DNA of 64,000 nt from Acinetobacter sp. (GTDB lineage: Bacteria > Pseudomonadota > Gammaproteobacteria > Pseudomonadales > Moraxellaceae), in contig NZ_JBLZXR010000020.1 of assembly GCF_050285345.1 (NCBI RefSeq), positions 1,966 to 65,965 of the forward strand. The letters run 5' to 3'. Under the pieces are notes generated by a model, which was not told the origin of the DNA, searched no databases, and worked only from the letters and a program-made list of their open reading frames with translations. The position numbers and the translations under genes are program-made. Below, piece by piece: positions 53,719 to 64,000 of the stretch. Numbering within the stretch: the stretch's first letter is position 1; each line of letters opens with the position of its first letter.

Positions 53719-54476
53719 ATGCCAAGTTCATTTTTATTCCCTCGTGAATGGCTCAAACCACTGTTGCCTCGTGATCCTCATGAAAAGCACCGCGTTGCCA
53801 CTTCTTTAGAGCTTTTATTTGACTTGATTTTTGTGATTGCCATTGCGACAGCAGGGCAGCAATTACATCACGCTTTGATTCAGAATCATATTGCCCAAGG
53901 CCTAACTCTATATGGCATGGTGTTTTTTGCCTTGTGGTGGGCATGGATGAATTTTAGCTGGTTTGCTTCGGCCTATGATAATGATGATGCACTGTATCGA
54001 GTGTTGACCTTTGTACAGATTATTGGCTCATTGGTGATCACGGCGGGCATTCCAAGCGCATTTCAGCAGCAAGACTTTGATGTGATTATCATTGGTTATG
54101 CCATCATGCGTTTAGGTTTGGTCACCCAATGGTTTCGGGTCGCCAAAAATGATCTTGCGAGAAGGGCAACTGCACTGGGTTACGCCTTTGGCATTATTCT
54201 TGTGCAAAGTGGCTGGCTATTGTTTCATTTCACACCGATTCATTTCAGTATTTATCTGTTTATTTTGTTGGTCATTGCTGAACTTTGTGTGCCAGTTTAT
54301 ATCTCCTCCATGAACTGCATCATCAGCGTGAATTAAAAAAATTACTCTATCCGCTGACTGTGGTGATTGTGCTGTGTATTCCATTGGTCATAGCGCCTGC
54401 GGGTTATGCGATTTTTGCGATGGCTGTGGTGTATGCGCTGCGGTTGATATTTTCTAAATGCTATTTAGCACAATAA
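53719..54476 (+). pseudogene. Low temperature requirement protein A (LtrA-like), internally deleted and frameshifted
   Basis: ATSLELLFDLIFV and WWAWMNFSWFASAYD in frame 1; hydrophobic C-terminus continues in another frame after ~54300. Confidence 0.75.
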
Positions 54477-54567
54477 GTTAATGGTATGATTTGTCGAATA
54501 TTTCGTTGCGTATATTCATACCGCAACGATATGTAAAAATATAAAAGTATTAAAGAAAGAGGGTAGG

Positions 54568-54981
54568 ATGAAAGGGCAAATATTAGATTTTTCTGTACAA
54601 ACAAATACAGGGGTGATCAGTGGGGATGATCAAAATCGTTACCAATTTTCTGGTGGTGATTGGAAAGGACAGAATGCACCTGCACGTGGACAGTTTGTCG
54701 ATTTTGAAATTAAAGGAATAGGTCAAGCATCGAATATTTACTTGATATCAGTGCCTTCGGCTTTAGGTAATCAATATGGTCAAAAGAATCGTATTGTGGC
54801 TGCAATTTTGGCATTTTTCCTTGGTGGTTTTGGTATTCATAAGTTCTATTTAGGTCGTATAGGGTGGGGTATTGTCTACCTGTTATTTTGTTGGACCTTT
54901 ATTCCTTCAATCGTGGCATTTATTGAATTCATTATTTACTTATGTACTTCTGATGAAGACTTTGCTCGTAAATATGGCTAA
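54568..54981 (+). CDS. Cold-shock-like N-terminal module plus TM2 domain protein
   Basis: KNRIVAAILAFFLGGFGIHKFYLG TM2 motif; N-terminal module shared with the next two genes. Confidence 0.88.
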   Translation: MKGQILDFSVQTNTGVISGDDQNRYQFSGGDWKGQNAPARGQFVDFEIKGIGQASNIYLISVPSALGNQYGQKNRIVAAILAFFLGGFGIHKFYLGRIGWGIVYLLFCWTFIPSIVAFIEFIIYLCTSDEDFARKYG

Positions 54982-54998
54982 TGGTATTGAGGCAAAAG

Positions 54999-55023
54999 AA
55001 AAGGCGCTTTTTGCGCCTTTTTT
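54999..55023. terminator. Bidirectional terminator between the convergent TM2 and DUF805 genes
   Basis: aaaaggcgc-ttttt-gcgccttttttt. Confidence 0.8.
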
Positions 55024-55621
55024 ATTGTTGTAAGTCTCGAGCAGGTAGTCCCCATTGATTATTTTCGGCTTTGGTATCTGTTGCCCACCAAATAATAAGT
55101 GGAATGATGCCAATAATTGTAAAGATTAAAAGCTGCCACCAACCTGAACGTCCTGTATCATGCAGTCGGCGCGCACCAACAGCTAAACTTGGAATAAGTA
55201 AAATAATGCTAGAAATATTTTCTAACCAAGGTTCACTGCCAATGATTAAGTCGCAAACTGATGCCAGTATGCTGATCAATATACAAAATAGCCAAAAGAA
55301 CCAGAACTCTTTACGTCGAGCACGTCCTTCAAACTCAGCAAAATTTTTAAGCGGTTTGAATGACCACGCAAAGAAGTCATAGTTTTCCTCTTCTTCATTG
55401 TAGTTCGCTCGTGTATTGCTTACAAAGCTCTGTTGTTGCAATGCGATATATACTTGTACCGCCTGCCCAGTTTCATCTAGAGCAAAGTCAACTTGATCGC
55501 CGCGTGCAGGTGGTCTTTGACCTCGCCATTCATGACCAGTAAATTGATAGTGCTTTTCATCTTCAGCACTAATCACCCCTGTATTAGTTTGAATCGAAAA
55601 ATCTAGAATTTGTCCTTTCAT
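55022..55621 (-). CDS. Cold-shock-like N-terminal module plus DUF805 membrane domain
   Basis: FEGRARRKEFW; PSLAVGARRLHDTGRSGWW; NQWG. Confidence 0.9.
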   Translation of the reverse strand: MKGQILDFSIQTNTGVISAEDEKHYQFTGHEWRGQRPPARGDQVDFALDETGQAVQVYIALQQQSFVSNTRANYNEEEENYDFFAWSFKPLKNFAEFEGRARRKEFWFFWLFCILISILASVCDLIIGSEPWLENISSIILLIPSLAVGARRLHDTGRSGWWQLLIFTIIGIIPLIIWWATDTKAENNQWGLPARDLQQ

Positions 55622-55685
55622 ATTTTTCCCGAGTTGATGTGCTGTTGATTAGCTGGCTACCTGAGAAGTAGCCACTATCTTTCAG

Positions 55686-56294
55686 TTATTTTGCAGGTTG
55701 TCCCCACTGATTTACTTCAGGTTTGGTTTCTGTCGTCAGCCAGATTAAAAAAAGAATAGGTCCAACAAGTGGAATTATTTGAATTAGCCAATACCAACCA
55801 GATCTATTAATGTCATGTAAACGACGGATTGCAACAGAAAGTGAAGGAACAATCATGGCCAAGATGAAAATACCTGTAAAGATTCCATTGGTTCCAAGTA
55901 TTGAATCGATAATGATCGTAATAATCATTGTAATCAGATAGGTCAAGGTGAAAAACCAGTATTCTTTACGACGCGCACGACCAGTAAAGTTTGCATAATT
56001 TTTTAGACATTTTACAAACCAATCAATCATATTAAATTGTGATTCTGCTTGGTCTTGATTTGAGATTTTATCTAGTTGTTGTGAGAGGTTTTGTATAGGG
56101 GTTGCAGTACTTAGTGCAACATAAACCTCAGTAGCTTGTCCATCTTCATTAATGGAGAAATCAACTTTGTCACCACGCGCAGGCGGTTTTTGCCCACGCC
56201 ATTCTGCACCAGTAAACTCATAACGGTTTTGATCATCGGCAGTGATAATACCTGAGTTGGTTTGAATTGAGTAATCTAAAATCTGGCCTTTCAT
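55686..56294 (-). CDS. Cold-shock-like N-terminal module plus DUF805 membrane domain
   Basis: FTGRARRKEYW; PSLSVAIRRLHDINRSGW; NQWG. Confidence 0.9.
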   Translation of the reverse strand: MKGQILDYSIQTNSGIITADDQNRYEFTGAEWRGQKPPARGDKVDFSINEDGQATEVYVALSTATPIQNLSQQLDKISNQDQAESQFNMIDWFVKCLKNYANFTGRARRKEYWFFTLTYLITMIITIIIDSILGTNGIFTGIFILAMIVPSLSVAIRRLHDINRSGWYWLIQIIPLVGPILFLIWLTTETKPEVNQWGQPAK

Positions 56295-56411
56295 TTTTAC
56301 CTCTGTTATATGTGGTTTTTATAAAGTTGATGTATTTTTTAACTGTTTTATATTAACAGAATAGTATTAAAATTATACTAAAGGATATTCATAAGTTAAT
56401 GTATTTCTATA

Positions 56412-56448
56412 TAAAAAAGCGGAACATTTTAGTTTGTCCCGCTTTTTT
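56412..56448 (-). terminator. nrdB intrinsic terminator
   Basis: taaaaaagcggaaca-loop-tgtcccgctttttta. Confidence 0.7.
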
Positions 56449-56462
56449 ACTGAAGTAATTTC

Positions 56463-57746
56463 TTACCAGCTCAATGCACCACCAGTTTGGTAGTCAGTTA
56501 CGCGAGTTTCGAAGAAGTTCTTCTCTTTACGTAAGTCCATCATTTCTGACATCCACTGGAATGGGTTGTTCACACCAGCAAACTGTTCAGGTAAGCCCAA
56601 TTGGCTTAAACGACGGTTACAGATGAATTTCAAATATTCTTCCATCATTGCTGCGTTCATACCCAACACACCGCGTGGCATAGTGTCACGAGCATATTCG
56701 ATTTCAAGCATCGTACCTTCAAGAATCATATCAATGATTTCTTGTTGGAATTCGGCAGTCCATAAACCTGGGTTCTCGATCTTGATTTGGTTAATCATAT
56801 CGATACCAAAGTTTAAGTGCATAGATTCATCACGTAGGATGTATTGGAATTGCTCAGCAACACCATTCATCTTATTACGACGACCCATTGACAAGATTTG
56901 ACTGAAACCACAGTAGAAGAAAATCCCTTCAAGTACGCAGTAGAACGCGATCAGGTTGCGAAGCAAAATTTGGTCGTTTTCAGGTGTACCTGTTTTGAAC
57001 GTAGGATCACTTAAAGACTGTGTATATTTCAGCCCCCAAGCCGCTTTACGTGCAACTGATGGAACTTCGCGGTACATGTTGAAGACTTCGCCTTCATCCA
57101 TACCTAAAGATTCGATACAGTATTGGTACGCATGGGTGTGAATCGCTTCTTCAAATGCTTGACGTAAAATGTACTGACGGCATTCAGGGTTGGTAATATG
57201 ACGATAAATCGCCAAGACCAAGTTGTTGGCAACCAATGAATCGGCAGTAGAGAAAAAGCCCAATGAGCGCATTACAATGGTACGTTCGTCTTCGGTTAAG
57301 CCATTTTCAGACTTCCAAAGCGCGATGTCATGGTTCATGTTGACTTCTTGTGGCATCCAGTGGTTAGCACAACCGTCTAGATATTTTTGCCAAGCCCATT
57401 CGTATTTAAATGGAACCAATTGGTTCAAGTCAGCACGGCAGTTGATCATCGCTTTATCATCAACTTGTACACGCTGAGCACCCATTTCAAGCTCTTCTAA
57501 GCCCGGAGCAACATCTAACGTTTCTAGAGCGTTAGATGCTCTTGCCAACGGATCGGTTGAATCTGTTGGTCGATTTGTATTGGTTCGAGCGGGTTGTGCA
57601 GCTGCCAAATTCGGCGATGAGTGCTGTGCATTAGATACCACTTGCGAATCAGTCGTTTTCTTCGGTTCGACGGGCGCAGGCTGGTCAGCTTGTGCAACTT
57701 GTTTCGGTTCATCATCTTCGAAATCGTCCCAACTTAGGATAGACAT
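56463..57746 (-). CDS. nrdB: Ribonucleoside-diphosphate reductase beta subunit, class Ia
   Basis: [21 protein letters not shown] (radical Tyr present); [16 protein letters not shown]. Confidence 0.96.
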   Translation of the reverse strand: MSILSWDDFEDDEPKQVAQADQPAPVEPKKTTDSQVVSNAQHSSPNLAAAQPARTNTNRPTDSTDPLARASNALETLDVAPGLEELEMGAQRVQVDDKAMINCRADLNQLVPFKYEWAWQKYLDGCANHWMPQEVNMNHDIALWKSENGLTEDERTIVMRSLGFFSTADSLVANNLVLAIYRHITNPECRQYILRQAFEEAIHTHAYQYCIESLGMDEGEVFNMYREVPSVARKAAWGLKYTQSLSDPTFKTGTPENDQILLRNLIAFYCVLEGIFFYCGFSQILSMGRRNKMNGVAEQFQYILRDESMHLNFGIDMINQIKIENPGLWTAEFQQEIIDMILEGTMLEIEYARDTMPRGVLGMNAAMMEEYLKFICNRRLSQLGLPEQFAGVNNPFQWMSEMMDLRKEKNFFETRVTDYQTGGALSW

Positions 57747-58052
57747 AACAATTCTCTCTTCGTTGCTTTATATCTTTTATAGACATCCAGTCACGCTGAG
57801 ATGTCCTACTATACGCTCATTCTGTGTAAGCAAAATTAAGTTTTGTCGATCACTGCTCTAATCTTGTTCGATAGAGCAAATCTCCCCACTACTTATTTTG
57901 ATTACGCTGCTGTTCGCGAATCTTGACCCAAGCGTAGGCAAGGGGCATGTACAAACAAATGATAAAGGAAACTACCAAGGCAATCAGACCTAACAAATAG
58001 TTATGTGTCATATGGAGCATGGGAGATTCCCTCTATTATTTTTTAATTCATT

Positions 58053-58147
58053 AATCCTCCCTAACCCTCCTGCTTTAGAAAAGGAGGGGACTCCAACTTT
58101 TGAAAGTTTGGAAGTCCCCCTTTGAAGAAGAGGGATTTAGGGGGATT
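58053..58147. repeat. REP-like composite palindromic element between nrdA and nrdB
   Basis: Outer IR aatcctccctaa / ttagggggatt enclosing ccctcct..aggaggg, ccaacttt..aaagtttgg and tccccctt..aagaggga hairpins. Confidence 0.65.
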
Positions 58148-58161
58148 TGAAACCTGTCAGC

Positions 58162-60993
<2,832 letters not shown>

Positions 60994-61079
60994 GCTGGCA
61001 TAGCTCCATTTTTCATCTATTTTTATGTTAGGACCGTTTGAACTGGGCAAAAAACATGCCACAGTGTTTGAGGGCTTAA

Positions 61080-61127
61080 ACACAAGACCTAGTGGTTTAA
61101 AAATTAATTGGACACAAGATACGGGAA
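61080..61127. promoter_or_regulatory. Tandem NrdR boxes upstream of nrdA
   Basis: acacaagacctagtgg (61080-61095) and acacaagatacgggaa (61112-61127), 32 bp apart; resemble the NrdR palindrome consensus. Confidence 0.7.
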
Positions 61128-61286
61128 AAATCAGGGTAGATCAATATTGACATTTAGTTAAAAGTTTCGATCAATTTCGGCATCATCCATTGTAAAAAAA
61201 TCCTTATTTTTTATCTTTGTTATATATGCCTTATCTGACAAGGGCATAGCATAGCAAAGTCGAAATAGAGTGCTTATAGATAACAT

Positions 61287-61377
61287 TGTGGATAACTCGA
61301 TAAAGTATAAAATCTTGTGACTTAAGCAGTCAGTTTTTGTCCGGTTGAAATGTATCCAAACTTTATTTTGTGGATAA
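61287..61377. promoter_or_regulatory. Two consensus DnaA boxes
   Basis: tgtggataa (reverse complement TTATCCACA) at 61287-61295 and 61369-61377. Confidence 0.7.
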
Positions 61378-61582
61378 AATGAGCAATGCCGCACGGAAAT
61401 AATTAGTGAACAAATGCACAGAAATATGACAGGCTAAAATTTATTACAAAATACGATATTGATGTATCAGTTTCGTGAATGCCATCTTGTTTACAATGTA
61501 AACGTGTGTATATTGCAAATTATGTTTAAGCGTATCTATCGGATTTCAAATAGGATACGCCCAATCAAATAAGGGGCAGTCA

Positions 61583-62299
61583 ATGAGCCAAGAAGAAAAG
61601 TTACCTAAAATTTTAATTGTTGAGGACGATGAACGTCTTGCACGTTTAACTCAAGAATATTTAATCCGTAACGGACTTGAAGTCGGCGTAGAGCCAGACG
61701 GTAATCGTGCGATTCGTCGTATTATTGCAGAACAACCCGACATGGTTCTATTAGATGTCATGCTGCCGGGTGCAGATGGCTTGACCATTTGCCGTGAAGT
61801 TCGTCCACACTACCATCAACCGATTCTAATGTTGACTGCGCGTACCGAAGACATGGACCAAGTATTGGGTCTGGAAATGGGTGCGGATGACTATGTGGCG
61901 AAACCTGTACAACCTCGCGTATTGCTCGCACGTATTCGTGCTTTATTGCGCCGTACAGATAAAGTGCCAGAAGATGAAGTGGCACAACGCATTGAATTTG
62001 ATGATCTCGTTATCGACAATGGTGGTCGCTCTGTAACGCTAAATAATGAATTGGTGGATTTCACCAGTGCAGAATATGACCTTTTATGGTTATTGGCGTC
62101 GAATGCAGGTCGCATCCTTTCTCGTGAGGATATTTTTGAGCGTCTACGTGGGATTGAATACGATGGTCAGGACCGCTCAATTGATGTACGTATTTCACGT
62201 ATTCGTCCAAAAATTGGTGATGATCCTGAAAATCCAAAACGTATTAAAACGGTACGTAGTAAAGGTTATTTATTTGTAAAAGAAACTAACGGCATTTAA
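61583..62299 (+). CDS. bfmR: OmpR-family response regulator BfmR
   Basis: MSQEEKLPKILIVEDDERLARLTQEYL N-terminus; phospho-Asp in LLDVMLPG; winged-helix domain; divergent from nrdA. Confidence 0.93.
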   Translation: MSQEEKLPKILIVEDDERLARLTQEYLIRNGLEVGVEPDGNRAIRRIIAEQPDMVLLDVMLPGADGLTICREVRPHYHQPILMLTARTEDMDQVLGLEMGADDYVAKPVQPRVLLARIRALLRRTDKVPEDEVAQRIEFDDLVIDNGGRSVTLNNELVDFTSAEYDLLWLLASNAGRILSREDIFERLRGIEYDGQDRSIDVRISRIRPKIGDDPENPKRIKTVRSKGYLFVKETNGI

Positions 62300-62344
62300 T
62301 GTAAAATGCCGTACCTTCGTTTGGTAATGTAGGACACTTCTTAC

Positions 62345-64000
62345 GTGTTGAAACACAGTATATTTTTGCGCGTCTATGCCGGGCTACTGATCTTGGTTTT
62401 TTTGGTGGCAACATTTGGCTATTTATTGGTACAGATTATTAACTACCAACGCGCGCAAGAATATCGTGAGTCACTGACCGATGGGCTTGCCTTCATTATT
62501 AGTGAGGGGATTGCACGTCAGCCCAACGAACAACAAAAGTCAGATTGGGTGTCGGATGCATCGGATCTACTTGAGTTGCCGATCTATTATGTCAAAGCCA
62601 ATCAGGTTGATTTAACCCGTGCAGAATCCAATCGTATTGAAGAGCGTAAAGCTGTGGTACGTTGGGATGCACAGACTTCGGCAGCTTATATTATTATTGG
62701 CTTAAAAGAAGACCCAGAACATCTGCTTTATATCAAGGCAGAGAATATCACTGAACGTCAAATGAAGGCGTTACCGGTTTTTATTCTGGATTATTTGGTC
62801 TATTACCCGGGTCAGGAAAAACAGTACCTCGAAAAGATTCAACACCATTTCTCTTATCCGATCTCAATTCAAAGTGTACAAAATTTACCGCTTGACTCTG
62901 AGCAGATCGGTCGTTTAAGGCTTGATCACAGCATTATTCTATATCGCGATAGTGCAACTGAGCGTGGTACCACAATTTCCATTGTCTCACCGATTCCAAG
63001 CTCAACTTCTGAAGTTTTAGTCATGGGGCCTGTGCCGCTGTTTAATTGGATGCCATTCCAGTTGGCGGCGGGGATTACCTTGCTCAGCTTATTTGTCTTA
63101 AGCCTTGGTGTATATGGTTTGTTGGTGCCGATGCAACGTAAATTGCGTGCGGTCAACTATGCGTTGAATAAAATGAAAGGTGGGGACTTATCTGTCCGTT
63201 TGCCGGTTGAAAGTACCGATGAATTTGGTACCTTGGCATCGAGCTATAACTCGATGTCGGATCATATTGAACGTTTGATTGAAGCACAGCGTGAATTGAT
63301 GCGCGCAGTATCGCATGAACTGCGTACACCGGTAGCCCGTATACGCTTTGGTGTGGAAATGATGGCGGATGAAGATGACTATGATTACCGCCAGCAACAG
63401 GTGGATCAAATCGACAAAGATATTGAAGCGCTGAATACTTTGATTGACGAGATCATGACTTATGCCAAGCTGGAACAGGGCATGCCATCTTTAGAGTTTG
63501 AAGATGTTAGTCTCTTTGAAGTTTTAGATCAGGTGGTGATCGAAACTGAAGCCTTAAAAACTGGAAAAACCCTAGAACTGGATGCGCCGCCCGTCGGTGT
63601 TATTGTCGAAACAGAACGACGCTATCTGCATCGTGTGGTGCAAAACCTTGTGGGCAATGCGGTGCGCTACTGTGATGATCGGGTATTGATTAGTGGTGGA
63701 TTGGATGAAGCCGGGATAGCTTATATCAGTGTGGAAGATGATGGGCCGGGTATTCCTGAAGAAGATCGTAAGCGAATTTTTGATGCCTTTGCGCGTTTGG
63801 ATGACAGCCGTACGCGTGCATCGGGTGGTTATGGTTTAGGTCTTTCGATTGTGAGTCGAATTGCCTATTGGTTTGGTGGTACGATTTCGATTGATACCAG
63901 TCCAAAATTGGGTGGAGCACGTTTTACCATGACGTGGCCAGCAAAGCGATTTAAGAAGTCAAAACGTAAAGATGTGAGAGAGCAAAACGACCTTGATGGT
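62345..64000 (+). CDS. bfmS: Sensor histidine kinase BfmS (runs off window end)
   Basis: Manual translation: GTG-LKHSIFLRVYAGL...; HAMP; H-box SHELRTP; NLVGNA; DDGPG; GYGLGLSI; open to 64000. Confidence 0.92.
   Translation, partial: MLKHSIFLRVYAGLLILVFLVATFGYLLVQIINYQRAQEYRESLTDGLAFIISEGIARQPNEQQKSDWVSDASDLLELPIYYVKANQVDLTRAESNRIEERKAVVRWDAQTSAAYIIIGLKEDPEHLLYIKAENITERQMKALPVFILDYLVYYPGQEKQYLEKIQHHFSYPISIQSVQNLPLDSEQIGRLRLDHSIILYRDSATERGTTISIVSPIPSSTSEVLVMGPVPLFNWMPFQLAAGITLLSLFVLSLGVYGLLVPMQRKLRAVNYALNKMKGGDLSVRLPVESTDEFGTLASSYNSMSDHIERLIEAQRELMRAVSHELRTPVARIRFGVEMMADEDDYDYRQQQVDQIDKDIEALNTLIDEIMTYAKLEQGMPSLEFEDVSLFEVLDQVVIETEALKTGKTLELDAPPVGVIVETERRYLHRVVQNLVGNAVRYCDDRVLISGGLDEAGIAYISVEDDGPGIPEEDRKRIFDAFARLDDSRTRASGGYGLGLSIVSRIAYWFGGTISIDTSPKLGGARFTMTWPAKRFKKSKRKDVREQNDLDG

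Noticed and set aside
56463..57746. Class Ic (Mn/Fe, Chlamydia-type) ribonucleotide reductase beta subunit
   Set aside because: The radical Tyr (EEAIHTHAY) and first-ligand Asp (STADS) are present, so it is ordinary class Ia.
61158..61394. 78-aa ORF upstream of nrdA
   Set aside because: Lies in the regulatory region carrying DnaA boxes; no coding signature.

Overview
A 64-kb chromosomal segment of an Acinetobacter species. The genus call rests on Acinetobacter-type OmpA, BfmRS and NrdAB; the species cannot be fixed from this window. About 1-39 kb and 56-64 kb are mostly core genes: PLD/cardiolipin synthase (partial), MFS transporter, a fadAB/AraC/CoA-transferase cluster, cysI-DUF934, thiolase, fimT-like pilin, ompA, lysP-rsmC, xanthine permease, typA, mscL, mutM-ppiC, oprB, an Old Yellow Enzyme, ygfZ, a multicopper oxidase, a stand-alone acnD, nrdAB and bfmR-bfmS (partial). 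About 40-56 kb is a string of small accessory genes. The main unexplained structure is in the 1.15-kb gap at 42857-44002. It holds two ~187-nt direct repeats, 584 bp apart, with only 3 mismatches over 181 nt. Each copy has its own identically spaced promoter motifs and can fold into a closed multi-branched RNA, and the pair lies just upstream of a GIY-YIG-like nuclease gene: a candidate duplicated ncRNA, possibly with a nuclease partner. Other items of note: three adjacent membrane proteins sharing a cold-shock-like N-terminal module on two different membrane domains; a 46-bp IS3-like mini-element with a 4-bp target duplication in a terminator loop; a ~170-nt G-U-rich hairpin; an internally deleted ltrA pseudogene; a C39-like peptidase with Gly at the expected catalytic Cys; a 47-aa zinc-ribbon gene missed by the ORF track; and NrdR plus DnaA boxes between nrdA and bfmR. 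No rRNA, tRNA, CRISPR array, transposase or prophage was seen. All family calls are from motif recognition by eye, with no database search.
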